From Macrostomum lignano (taxonomy: Eukaryota), in assembly GCA_002269645.1 (NCBI GenBank), contig NIVC01000927.1, positions 208,473-272,472 of the forward strand: 64,000 bases of DNA, in the 5' to 3' direction. A program made the translations under genes and the position numbers. This document shows positions 22,301 through 33,389 of this stretch, piece after piece (the first letter of the stretch is position 1; each line of letters begins with the position of its first letter). The notes beneath the pieces are model-generated. The model worked only from the letters and a program-made list of their open reading frames with translations, had not been told where the DNA came from and did no database searches.

Positions 22301-25300
22301 CCGAATCCAGAATCCCGAATCCAGAATCCCGAATCCAGAATCCCGAATCCAGAATCCCGAATCCAGAATCCCGAATCCAGAATCCCGAATCCAGAATCCC
22401 GAATCCAGAATCCCGAATCCAGAATCCCGAATCCAGAATCCCGAATCCAGAATCCCGAATCCAGAATCCCGAATCCAGAATCCCGAATCCAGAATCCCGA
22501 ATCCAGAATCCCGAATCCAGAATCCCGAATCCAGAATCCCGAATCCAGAATCCCGAATCCAGAATCCCGAATCCAGAATCCCGAATCCAGAATCCCGAAT
22601 CCAGAATCCCGAATCCAGAATCCCGAATCCAGAATCCCGAATCCAGAATCCCGAATCCCGAATTCAGAATCCCGAGTCCCGAATCCGAAATCCCGAATTC
22701 AGAATCCCGAATCCCGAATCTAGAATCCCAAATTCAGAATCCGGAGTCTAGCATCCAGCATCCAGCATCTCATATTAATAATCTTGAATCACTCACGTCA
22801 CGATGCCGAAAGCAGAGAAGGCCTCCTTAAGCTGGTGGGATTCAATCTCAGGCGCCAGGTCGCCCACAAAAATGTGATAGTGGCCTGAAAAGGGTGGCGT
22901 GAACAACCGGTCCATTTTAATTCACCTTTCTCTAATCTCTTATCCTTTGGACAAAAAAACTTTACAATAAAGCTGCTGCCTTGCCCACTTCTGCAGCAAC
23001 TGCTGGCCACAGCCTCCTTCATCAATACCCCCTCATCTTTTGTTAAATTATTCAACAACGCTCATAGATTCTCACTCACTCGCTCACTCATTGCTGCTCA
23101 ATATTATAAACTCACTCCTAGCCTTGGCCCCAGCTATTCTTACTTGCAGTGTCCCGCCATCATCTCAAGTCGAGCCCAACCTTTCTCTCCCTCACTCTCC
23201 TCTCCGCCTCACCACAATTCCTCTCTCGCCTGAGTCTTGGCTGCACTCGCGTCTGCAGCAGCCTCTCCGCCTATCCTTGGCTCCCTTTAGAGGGGGTTTT
23301 TCAGCGGATTTTCCCTATTTTTATATTCAACTCGCGTGTCGGCCGCAGTTGAGAATCCAGCTTTGTAGCCTCACGTTATATTCGTTGGCCCAAAAAGTTT
23401 AACCACTGAGCAGGATTGATGGCGTTTAGACCATAGAGTCCAAAGCGGTATGCTGCTGACTGGGTGGTTGCCATGGGGAAATTCATTCGCGAGATTGGAA
23501 GTTTCCAGTTTTTTCTTCTCTAGCAAAGCCCCACTCTCAAGGTCCCGCATAGCCTCAAGTGACCAAGATTGCATAAATGTCATCGAGGGGGTTGTAGGCC
23601 AGTGGATAGAGCGTCGGACTCACGACTTGAAGGTCGGGGGTTCGATACCCGATCCCACTCGGAACAATTTGTGTCCTTGAGCAAGACACTTAACTCTGCA
23701 TTGCTTCAGCTCAAAAGCTGTAAAATGGGTGCCAGCATTAGCTGGGGTAATTGAGGGTGTATGGTGACCCCCCCTCCCCCCAGTCCTTGGACTGAACAGC
23801 CGTACGCAGCCTTCAGATGCGCCGCGCAATAGCTGCGGCTGAGCTGTAGGTTGCACATCTGCCCAATTGGGGCAAGTGTAATTACAATTATTATTACTAT
23901 TATCGATGTTAAATTAGAATTTTATCTAAATCTAGTAGTCCAGTCCCACTATCTAAAATAAATCAAAGCACGCGGTCTAGTGGCTGTCTTACTGGTGGTG
24001 TCCAGCTTATGATTTTGCGTTGACAGGGCCAAAGCTGCCGAGGGCAGAGTCACCTGCAGACCCTGGAAGCAAAAGGTGTCGGGTTGGAAACAGTACGATT
24101 GAGCCTCAGGTGCGATTCTAATTTGTATAAGATACCAGGTAACTTTAGTCATTTTTTTAATGAGATTCTTAGAAACGCATAAGAGTATAACAATAACAAT
24201 AATAGTAATAATAACAATAATAAGAATAATAATAATAATATAGACACAAAAGTCCTTGAAAAGTATGTTAGGAAAAATGGTTCACAAATCTGTGAAAAAG
24301 AGGAATTAAAATTATTGTTTTAACGTCTATATATTAATCCTGGGTTGCCCAGCAACCCATGGCGTTTCACATTTTGGAATGCAATCGGTTCATGTTTTAT
24401 TAGAGTCAGGGGGGCTGTGTGCACCGTGCCGCACTTTAAGCGACATTGTCACACAACCGGCGAGAGGCATTGCTGCCCATTCCACCGACTCCCCTGAGCA
24501 GGCACACAAGCGCGCGGATACGTACGCAGTCATACGTACGCAGGCACTCACTCACACAGGAGTGTACAGCGGCCCTAACTTTATTTATCGTTAGGCATGT
24601 ACACTTCACTGTGTCTTGGGGGTTGGCCCTCAATGCCGCTAATTGCACGAGCAGAGCCAGGCCGAGATTCCAATTCAGCCCCAAATTAATGTGACAGCAC
24701 TTGGAATCGAGCCTGGGCCGCTGGCACATCAGAGTGCAGCGCCAGACCACTGGGCTAGCCCCCCCCCCAACACAGGTTTTAAAATCGAAATATGCATGTA
24801 AAAAATTTTTCATTATCAAAAAATCGAAAAAAACTGACGTAATTTAAAGAGCTTACTTTTCTCTTACAAAATAAGATGTCAATCAATGAAATCCAGACAA
24901 AGATAAAACAGAATTTCTGCACCAAAACTTTTTAAATGTCGATTTTTGCTACGCACTAAAAATCATTCCTGGAAACGGACCCCTGGGCTGGGCACCAAAA
25001 TTTTGTGGAAGTCACTTCAATGTCCGGCCCACTCAATTCTTGTGTCTCTTCTCAGCTCTCTTCTCTCTTCTCTCTCCTTTATTCCCTCTTTTTTCCTCTC
25101 TCATCTCATCCGTTACCCGTGGCTAATGACAGAGGGAGAGAGAGGGGGTCGCTCTATACGGTAGAAGGATGATTCTGTTGAGGATAAAAAAACGCGGTTT
25201 TATGGCGGTGGCTATTCAACAGCCCCCAGCCGTTGTCAGAAGTTATTAATAAGGGACTGCATGTTAAATCTACATATTATATCAATTCATATATTAAGTT

Positions 25301-28300
25301 GAAATTGCGTTCCGGACTTACAATGCGCATTGGGAGTTGGCTTTGTCATTCCACTCTATCTAATCCACCTATCCCTACACCGACACCCCCTGACAGTTGG
25401 GTCCCCCCCCCCTGCTACATGGGGCAGTTTTGCAGCTGCAGACTGCAGATGCAGTTTTAGTTTCCTAGAAGAAACATGCTGGTAGAGCAAAAACTGTGTG
25501 GGTGGAACCCAGACTGCTACTACAGTTTATTGCTCCCATCAGGCAAAAATTACCAATGAGCAATTCTGCTTTTTGAGAGGCCGGCACCGATGAGATAAGG
25601 AGCAGAGAGAAGAGACACAATGACCCAGACACACGACCACGATGAGCAGCAGGTCATGGACACACAGATACCATGAGCCAGACACAGACATCAGTGAAAC
25701 AGGCTGCCCAGACACAGACATCAGTGAGACAGGCTGCCCAGACACACAGACATCAGTGAGACAGGCTGCCCAGACACGCAGACACAATGAGCCAGACACA
25801 CAGACATAATGAGCCAGACACACAGATATAATGAGCCAGACACACAGACATAATGAGCCATACACACAGACATAATGAGCCAGACACACAGACATAATGA
25901 GCCAGACACACAGACATACACATATACATAATGAGCCAGACACACAGACATAATGAGCCAGACACACAGACATACACACATACATAATGAGCCAGACACA
26001 CAGACATAATGAGCCAGACACACAGACATACACACATACATAATGAGCCAGACACACAGACATAATGAGCCAGACACACAGACATACACACATACATAAT
26101 GAGCCAGACACAGACATAATGAGCTAGACACACAGACACAATGAGCCAGACACACAGACATACACACATACATAATGAGCCAGACACACAGACATAATGA
26201 GCTAGACACACAGACACAATGAGCCAGACACACAGACACAATGAGCCAGACACACAGACATACACACATACATAATGAGCCAGACACACAGACATAATGA
26301 GCCAGACACACAGACATAATGCGGGTGGGGATGGAACTGCAGGATGACAGGCAACAGGCAAAAATCCATTTTAGATAATAAATTTGATCTTCGATTGAAA
26401 AAATACAAGATTAAAATAGAATAAATAAGCAAACGGATTATTGAGAAAACTTTAATTGGATGTTGCTTGTCACTTGGTTTGGTTAGGCTTTGATATCGTC
26501 AATGGAAAATCAATTAAAATGGCTTTCCAATCCGAAATTGTGTAGCGCAGACGCGTGGATGACAAATATTGCAGGACTTCATGGAAAACAAAGACTACAA
26601 AAAGGCAATGAAATCGCAACGAGGCTCTCCTGAGGTCCCGTTGAATGATTGGAAATTTCAACAAGGAAATAATAATCCAGATCTGACAGTGTTGTGAGAG
26701 AAAGATTAAAAAATGAAGGCGAGAAAAATGGTTTTTTAAAAAGAGGAATGCATTATAAAGTTTTTATTGGCACCTGATGCACTGATTTTTTTGCGCTGCA
26801 AAAATTTCTCGAACACGCTTGGCCCGGTCGAACATCGGGCAAAATAATTTCCCTAAAGGTGTTTCGATTGAGATTTAGCCGTGTGTGAGCAAAACTGCAA
26901 CTTGTGCAATCTTTTTGGTGATTAAAAGCTTTGCTATGGACATGCGGTGCATTGGCAATACACATACGCTATCTTCCCCGATATGTTTCGTATTAAACTT
27001 AATGAATAGCAAAAACTCAACTATCGAGGGCCCCGATATGTTTCGTATTAAACTTAATAAATAGCAAAAACTCAATAGAATTCTCTTGATCCACACGCTG
27101 GCCTAATTTGGCATTCGGATGTCGAGAAGGTCAGAGATTGAGAATATAAATGTTAAAAGAGCCGCAAATTTCTGAGCGAGTCAGTTGAAACCAGGCGCCT
27201 GATTGGTTTTTTTTCAAAAGCAAGAAATTTGGCAATTGCAATCAATTTTCGAAGCGCATGACAATCTTGAATACCTGAGGGACTTCAGAACTAATAAATT
27301 TTTAAAAAAGAAGATTGGGGGCTTGTTTGTCGCAAAAAAACACACACGAAAAACTCTCTTCAGGTGGCTTAACGGCAATTTTGCTTACTTCCTGGCTCTG
27401 CAAGTCCTGAGATAGCCATGCTGCTAAAAGCTTTGGTCATCAATTATGAAGGCCAGATGGATGGATCGCGCGCTCGTCCGGCCACCAAACCAGCCAGCGG
27501 GACCTCCCTGGGGCTTCCCGGGATCTCGTCAGCCTAAATAGTGGCGCCGCAACCTCCCAACTGTGGTACTTTCTCCCGCCCACTTTCCTGCGATCCTCTT
27601 CTCAACACGCGCGCCTCCTCAGCACTGCTGAATTATTGAGCCGCCTGCATGGGCAACTCCCAGCGCGCCAAGCAGATCCTCTCCATCTCTCGCAGGAGAG
27701 ACTGTCCTCAAACGCTGTTTCGAGTCCGTCCATGAGCAGTTCTCTCTCTCTCTCTCACACACTTTTTCGCCCGTTCCGGAAAACTTTTCCGCAATATGAA
27801 TTTTGGTGTGTGTCAACCCTGCGGCAATGTAATTCGATTCTCTCCATCGGTTCGAATTTATGACCACTCGGCTGTGCTCAAACATTAACTCTGGCTGCTC
27901 TCTGGCCAGGGCCTAAGAGACACCCTTCGTGTTGGAGACTCAGGGGCCACGGGAGCGCTGTCCCCCTGCATTGAGATTGGGGGCCCAAATATTGCTCAAC
28001 CTCAATGTGTGACCCAGCTTGGGGAGGTCAGGGGGGTCAAAGATCCCCGAGAATGAATAGAAAGCTCTCGTGAGCACGAAAATATCAATAGCATCGAAAT
28101 CTAGGCTGTGGCGCTAAAATCTAGGCTGTGGCGCTAAAATCTAGGCTGTGGCGCTAAAATCTAGGCTGTGGCGCTAAAATCTAGGCTGTGGCGCTAAAAT
28201 CTAGGCTGTGGCGCTAAAATCTAGGCTGTGGCGCTAAAATGTAGGCTGTGGCGCTAAAATCTAGGCTGTGGCGCTAAAATCTAGGCTGTGGCGCTAAAAT

Positions 28301-29442
28301 CTAGGCTGTGGCGCTAAAATCTAGGCTGTGGCGCTAAAATCTAGGCTGTGGCGCTAAAATCTAGGCTGTGGCGCTAAATTGGCGCTAAATCCTCGCGTTT
28401 AGAAACTACCATCAGGGGCCGTTGCCCTTCACTATTCGGCAAAATATGGCGGCCCGGCTGTTTTTATAATTTTGCAAAGAAAAAAAATATTTCAATTGTA
28501 AAAGCCAGAATAGAAGAGACAGGCTGAGTGAATGAATGGGAAGAAACCATGGGGAGGGCAGGGAAGGAGAGTTATAGGAGAATATTGTGCTATAGGGGAG
28601 GCAATTTAGCCAAGTGTCCTTTCTGCAGACGATAAACTTGATGAAGTTTGGGTCGCTCGGGAGCTCCTGCAGACTCCCAACTCATCCTTGCCTCATCCTT
28701 GGCCATCTTCCTATATATATTTTTCTTTCTACAGCTTTAGGACTCTCCACAGCCCAGCAGGAGCGGCAAGAAGCCAAGAGTCGTCGTTACTTCTGAGTTT
28801 GGAAGAGAAATCTTTTCTTGGCTCCTCGGAGGACCGAAAAGCTCGAGAGAGTTGGCCGCCAAGTTGCTGACAATCAGTGCAAATTTATGGGCCGCAGAAA
28901 TTCCCATTTGGCCTCTGCGTATCTCTCCCGCTCTCTTCATCCTTGTCTTCCCATCCGGGAGAAAAATCGGGACCAAACTATAGGGAAAAATATTGAAACT
29001 CTCGGCTTTGAGATCTTCGATTGAAATTCCGCAGGCTGAGGCATGCTTGTGCAGATTGTCAGAAGACTGCCATCATCAAGAGCTTTGAAACCGATTGGAC
29101 ATAAAACATTTTGGAGGCCGTTGGCTAGACTCTCAAACTAACCGCAGACACCTCTGCTTAACCAGCGCTTGCCCCCCCGCTCAGATCATTCTCGATGCTC
29201 ACCTTGTTCAGCGGGACCCCCGTCAGAGCAGTCTGCAGGCTGGCGGCCGCAGCCGCCGCCGGTCCGCCCGGATATCCGGGATAGCCGGCAAGAGCCGGGC
29301 TGGACACCAGGCCGTTGGGCGTCACTCCGGCCGCGGCTGCTGCAGCGGCGGCGTTGGAAGCCGCAGCGCCGCCCCCGCTGCCCGCTGCCACCGCTGCGGT
29401 GTTGTACATATTTGGCGGCACCATCACCAGTTCGTACAGCAT
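10226..29442 (-). CDS. TIA1: Spliced gene: TIA-1/TIAR (Rox8)-like RNA-binding protein, RRM2+RRM3, ~400 aa
   Basis: Exons 29442-29203, [linker unresolved; candidate 28866-28791], 22884-22797, 18631-18459, 13052-12957, 12537-12335, 11353-11169, 10373-10226, with consistent phases. HYHIFVGDLAPEI, KPKGYGFVAY, RTIRTNWAVRKPP, SNCTVYVGGI and EVRVFKEKGYAFVRFDTHE..CKCSWGKE match TIA-1 RRM2/3. TIA1 and TIAL1 cannot be distinguished. Confidence 0.9.
10470..11150. repeat. 59-bp minisatellite (..CTGACACACTGTCTATGGCCGAGACCCCCACCTGCGCC..)
   Basis: ~11 copies in the last TIA1 intron. Confidence 0.97.
11169..11353 (-). CDS. TIA1: TIA1-like exon, Y/Q/A-rich prion-like tail
   Basis: tttttatgcag|GCT; ALMTPYGYYAATAG...AYQGGAA; donor AG|GTAACT. 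Confidence 0.85.
11789..12330. repeat. 26-28-bp minisatellite TGGCTATCAGTGACTGTGCCAGAGAC
   Basis: ~20 copies, abuts a TIA1 donor. Confidence 0.97.
12335..12537 (-). CDS. TIA1: TIA1-like exon, RRM3
   Basis: EELLREAFKDFGEILEVRVFKEKGYAFVRFDTHEGATKAIITMHGKDVGGQPCKCSWGKE; donor GTGAGT. Confidence 0.93.
12555..12925. repeat. 22-23-bp degenerate repeat GGGATCGATCAGGATTGGGTTC
   Basis: Fills almost the whole TIA1 intron 12538-12956. Confidence 0.92.
12957..13052 (-). CDS. TIA1: TIA1-like exon, linker and RRM3 start
   Basis: DQKPLNYDEVAQAASNSNCTVYVGGITRGLC; 96 nt; donor GTGAGT. Confidence 0.92.
13892..14136. repeat. 46-bp minisatellite, ~5 copies
   Basis: GCCACCTCAATGTCC recurs at 13892, 13938, 13984, 14030, 14076. 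Confidence 0.95.
15197..15438 (+). mobile_element. CORE-type SINE, copy 2 (internal deletions)
   Basis: Aligns to the other copies; head and 3' block partly deleted; ATT-rich tail. Confidence 0.85.
17037..17343 (+). mobile_element. CORE-type SINE, copy 3 (near full length)
   Basis: tRNA-Arg-like head with GGTTCGATTCC B box, CORE-like domain, 67-nt block, CTGCCC/GGGCAG stem-loop, (ATT)n tail. Confidence 0.9.
18459..18631 (-). CDS. TIA1: TIA1-like exon, RRM2 end
   Basis: ECKIIKDMHTQKPKGYGFVAYANREEAEEAMQKMNGQLLGSRTIRTNWAVRKPPQPP; AG/GT bounded. Confidence 0.93.
19905..21075. repeat. ~22-24-bp minisatellite CAAAGCTACTGTAAAAGGGGCGC
   Basis: ~50 variable copies. Confidence 0.97.
21803..22770. 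repeat. 14-bp satellite CCAGAATCCCGAAT (~61 perfect copies, then decay)
   Basis: Perfect to ~22657. Confidence 0.98.
22797..22884 (-). CDS. TIA1: TIA1-like exon, RRM2 start
   Basis: ccttttcag|GC CAC TAT..; HYHIFVGDLAPEIESHQLKEAFSAFGIVT; donor GTGAGT. Confidence 0.92.
23587..23903 (+). mobile_element. CORE-type SINE, copy 4 (full length)
   Basis: Same architecture as copy 3, (ATT)n tail. Confidence 0.9.
25660..26320. repeat. ~22-bp repeat CAGACACACAGACATAATGAGC with longer variants
   Basis: Read directly. Confidence 0.95.
28097..28389. repeat. 20-bp minisatellite AAATCTAGGCTGTGGCGCTA, ~14 copies
   Basis: Nearly perfect. Confidence 0.97.
28791..28866 (-). CDS. Candidate TIA1-like linker exon (QLGGQLSRAFRSSEEPRKDFSSKLR)
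   Basis: The only segment I found giving the required phase 0 to 1 join (gtcag| ... A|GTAACG); acceptor is weak. Confidence 0.3.
29203..29442 (-). CDS. TIA1: TIA1-like probable first coding exon (Ala/Gly/Pro/Tyr low complexity)
   Basis: ATG at 29442 (or 29424); GC3-rich codons; polyAla and GYPGYPG; donor AAG|GTGAGC, phase 0. Confidence 0.65.
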
Positions 29443-30854
29443 GTCTGAGCTATTTGATATACGAGACTTGAACTATTTTAAGTGTCAAAGCAAACTGATA
29501 TTTTCTGTCTGTTTTGTTTCGGTGTCCGCTGCTGCTGCTGCGTCTTTGGCCGCGCTCCGATTGCTCGGGCTTTAGCTGCTAGAGATGGCGGCGGCTGGCT
29601 GCGGCTGCTGCTGGGGTTGCGCGGACTCTCCCGGCGCGGCGTGAGGTGGTCGGCCTGGGGTTGGTCGCCTTTCATAAAATTTGAATGAGCCCACAATTGC
29701 CACGGGGCCTGTCAGTAAGCGCCAGCTCAGGAGAGGCCCGCCGCCCCTCTTCCCTACCCCCCTGATCTCGCAGCCGCTCCCCTCTTCCACGTCTTCCCGT
29801 TCTCTACGCCCCCCTCCTATTGCCGCCTTGGCCAAAGCGGGGACCCCTTCCCTCTCTTCCTCTCCGCAGAACCTTCTCCCATTCTCCCCCCCCCCTTGAG
29901 TAGTTGGGAGATCCCGGTTCCCGGACTCAGGAACGGGGAGGAAGTTGGGGAGGGGAAGAGAACCTGCCAGGCAGCTATGGACCTTGGGACCTGGTGTTGG
30001 TAGAAGGCTCTGGGCGCTTGGAAAAAACTGGTGTGTGTGTGTGTGTGTGCGCCCTCTATCATTGGCCCAGAATGTGGGAGAAGTCTCCCCATGGTGGAGC
30101 TGGGCGGAGGGGGTTGATGCTGTGCCTGAGCAGGGAAAGGGGAACAGAGATCGAGGTGGTGGAGGCCCCCGGCTGCTGCTGGAGGTGGCAAAATTGCTCA
30201 CGGGCTGTGCTCATGGATAAATGAGAGAGAGAGACTGGGAGAATGCTTTGCAGGGAATATCGGCAGGACTGGGAGTCAGGATTTTGGGGCAGGTTGTGCG
30301 AGTAGGGGGTATGTGGGACCAGTTTGCTGCGGCAGATTGAGGATCAGGAAGGGAAAAGTGTGCTGCTCTGCTCACCCAAGCTCAGGTCATCCCCGAGTTC
30401 GGAGGTTTTCAGGCTCACCTGAGTTCTCCGGGGGTGCCGTGTTTTCGAGTCCGAGACCCCATCTTGGGATATTCTCAGAAAATTCGATACAAATCTCTCT
30501 GGTAGGCAGAGCAGGATGGCAGAGGGTTTTTTGCTATGCAATGTAAAGGATCAAGAATTAAACCTCGATTTAAGTCTTTAGGGCGAGGCGAGTTTAAGGC
30601 TGCTTTTTTACTTAACCCCGGACACTGCTCAAGAAACTGCGGCGGTAATCCTCGGGGATTGCGGTAACTAGGATTTTATTCTCTATAAACCAAGCCAGCT
30701 CATCTCTTTCCTACGTTAATATCACCCTGGAGCACCGCCTCAGAAGCAGATTTTGGACTCGAGCCCAGCTGGTCCGCTGCCCCGGCTGGTAAAATTAACA
30801 TCTGCTGTGCGTACGTTTTTGAACTGTGTGCGATGTACTTAAGTCACCAGAACC

Positions 30855-31315
30855 TGAATGAGGATCTTCACCCGAATCTTAAATGAGGATATTCACCCGA
30901 ATCTTAAATGAGGATCTTCACCCGAATCTTAAATAAGGATCTTCACCCGAATCTTAAATGAGGATCTTCACCCGAATCTTAAATGAGGATCTTCACCCGA
31001 ATCTGAATAGGGATCTTCACCCGAATCTTACACAAGGATCTTCACCCGAATCTTAAATGAGGATCTTCACCCGAATCTTAAATGAGGATCTTCACCCGAA
31101 TCTTAAATGAGGATCTTCACCCGAATCTGAATAGGGATCTTCACCCGAATCCTAATGAGGATCTTCCACCTGAATCTTAAATGAGGATCTTCACCCGAAA
31201 CTTAAATGAGGATCTTCACTCGAATCTGAATAGGGATCTTCACCCGAATCTTAAGTGAGAATCTTCACCCGAATCCTAATGAGGATCTTCACCCGAATCT
31301 TAATTAGGATCTTAG
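30855..31315. repeat. 25-bp minisatellite AGGATCTTCACCCGAATCTTAAATG
   Basis: ~18 copies, intergenic. Confidence 0.96.
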
Positions 31316-31698
31316 GACCCAAATTTGAATAAGGAACTTCACTTTGAAACGTAATCTCTCCGAATTATTCTATCGAGTCTCGAATAGCGCGGAACAGAAC
31401 TTTCGATTCGACCATCATGCTCGCGAATAATGAATTAGCTTGTAAATATATTTATTTTTATACTTTCTATGTTTTCTACTATTGAGTAGTAAGAATCGGC
31501 CTGAGCACATAAACGGTATACCATTAAAGAATTTTTCTTAGGTGAGTCAAATTGCTCTACACGCTATTTCTTTCCAATGGAAGTGTACACTTCTGCTTTT
31601 AGAGCAGATTTGTGTTTGTACATGCGCTGCTCGGCATGATCTTTTAGAAATAGCAGAAATTTTGTTAAGACGCAAAACTTGCAGCAATTTGATCAGGC

Positions 31699-31770
31699 GG
31701 CTCAGTGGTCTAGGGGTATGATTCTCGCTTTGGGTGCGAGAGGTCCCGGGTTCAAATCCCGGCTGAGCCC
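31699..31770 (+). tRNA. tRNA-Pro-TGG: tRNA-Pro(TGG)
   Basis: 72 nt, GGCTCAG..CTGAGCC acceptor stem, anticodon loop TT-TGG-GT, intact A/B boxes, T4 run downstream. Confidence 0.97.
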
Positions 31771-32011
31771 ATTCTTTTGCATTTTTCAATAACTGATAGC
31801 CCGTGCTTACAGAAAAGCACAATAGATAGAAATGAGTATGGGAAATTAATTTCTGAATACATGCGACAATGGGCTGTTACTATAGGGTGATTTTCATAAC
31901 GTGCCAGAACCTATATTGGGGCTTCTGCTTCCTGCATCACAAATAAAAAAATTTTCGGAAGCCTTTAGCATGTTATGTCAATGTGATTCTAAGCATTCTA
32001 CAAAAAACTTC

Positions 32012-32085
32012 CGCCCCCGGGTGGGCTCGAACCACCAACTTTTCGGTTAACAGCCGAACGCGCTAGCCGATTGCGCCACGGAGGC
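32012..32085 (-). tRNA. tRNA-Asn-GTT: tRNA-Asn(GTT)
   Basis: 74 nt GCCTCCGTGGCGCAATCGGCTAGCGCGTTCGGCTGTTAACCGAAAAGTTGGTGGTTCGAGCCCACCCGGGGGCG; T6 terminator follows. Confidence 0.97.
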
Positions 32086-32884
32086 AGCTGCTAGAGGCAC
32101 CGAAAAAGTGCATTTTTAAAAAGTCTAGGCCTTAAATTATACCACAATTAACTTAGTTGTTTGTTATGTAACCTAAGTAAACATTTTTAGCAAAGTCAGA
32201 TCTACTGTCAGCAACAAAATCATGTGCTGGGGAACTTTTCTCCCAGGGACTGGGGAAGGGTTGGTAAAGAGTCCCAGTCACTGACCAATTATTACCCTGT
32301 AATGTAAACCCGCGTGCAAGGGGTCACCATAATTTTTACCGGCCTATTTTTAATTTCAGAGGGCCAATGCCAATGCCAACTGGCTACGCCCCTGTGGCCT
32401 GCGCATACTTACAGTGTACTATGCACATGCATGTATGTATAGTACACGATATGTACACACGTGCCTGTGATGTATAGTAGTTATATAATAGTACTGCAAA
32501 GTTGAATAATATTAATCCCTATGCTATTTAAAATAATATATGATTTTCCAAACTATTCATGTTGAGTTAGAAATTTAGTATGCTACATAAGTTTGCGGAA
32601 TGGGCGTTCGCGCCTTCCCGCTGTGTCCCCCCGGGACAGCCCTGCATGCTACATAAGTACGTATAGTCATGGTGTTGCGTTTTATTGATGCAGCTGAAAC
32701 TGGAAAGGTAACGCGGCCGGGCGATGAAACTTTTTTGAGCGTGTGCGTGTGTATGTGCATCCCGTTTTACTAATATAGCCTAAGGCTTAAGCAACAAACA
32801 ATTATTAAGTACAAGTTCGATGTATAAATGCTTATTAATATTCTGTAAATGTTGAAGCCAGAGTCCGTGAGTTTTAAGAAGTTC

Positions 32885-32942
32885 ATGCGAAAATGTATTA
32901 GTTTATTCTACTTTCTGCTTAGCATAGAGCTTATTCTGATGG
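32885..32942 (+). CDS. Candidate signal-peptide exon of the DCC-like gene (MRKCISLFYFLLSIELILMG)
   Basis: Hydrophobic core; phase-1 donor G|GTAGTT joins 33808 in frame; donor is weak and the region AT-rich. Confidence 0.3.
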
Positions 32943-33376
32943 GTAGTTTATTTAGGTGTTTTTTCCTTAAACAACTTATGGCTAGATTTTTAGCAAACGT
33001 GTTGATTTTTGTTTTAATGCAAAAACATCGCGTTCTTAGTTTTCAATTTTTCAATGTCAATCTGAGTTTTGCGATTGCACTCTAAAAATCGACGCATACC
33101 CTGAATCCCATAGTATGTAGTGTAAGTTATTCATAAACTTCGCTGCAAAGTATCCGAAAAATTGCTGCTAAGTATTTTTATTTATTCACGAGTATACATA
33201 CTCGAATAGCTATAGACGTACCAGTACCACCGACAGGAGCCATGTATTTCCGATAAAGTAAGAGATATAGAACGGGCCGGAGCTTCGGAAATAGAAGATT
33301 TCTTTTATTTCTGCATAACATGTTTAAGAAATTTACGAGTACCTACCTGCTTGTTTTGTTATTTTTTCAATTGCAG

Positions 33377-33389
33377 CTTAAAGAACTAG
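33377..33389 (+). CDS. Candidate 13-nt microexon (LKELG) upstream of DCC-like Ig1
   Basis: ttgttttgttattttttcaattgcag|CTTAAAGAACTAG|GTAAGT; a phase 0 to 1 reading fits the next exon. Confidence 0.4.

Noticed and set aside
27290-27353. 16-nt microexon-like segment TTCTGAAGTCCCTCAG on the - strand near 27275-27290
   Set aside because: It contains TGA in the required phase-0 frame and cannot supply the 0-to-1 linker for TIA1.
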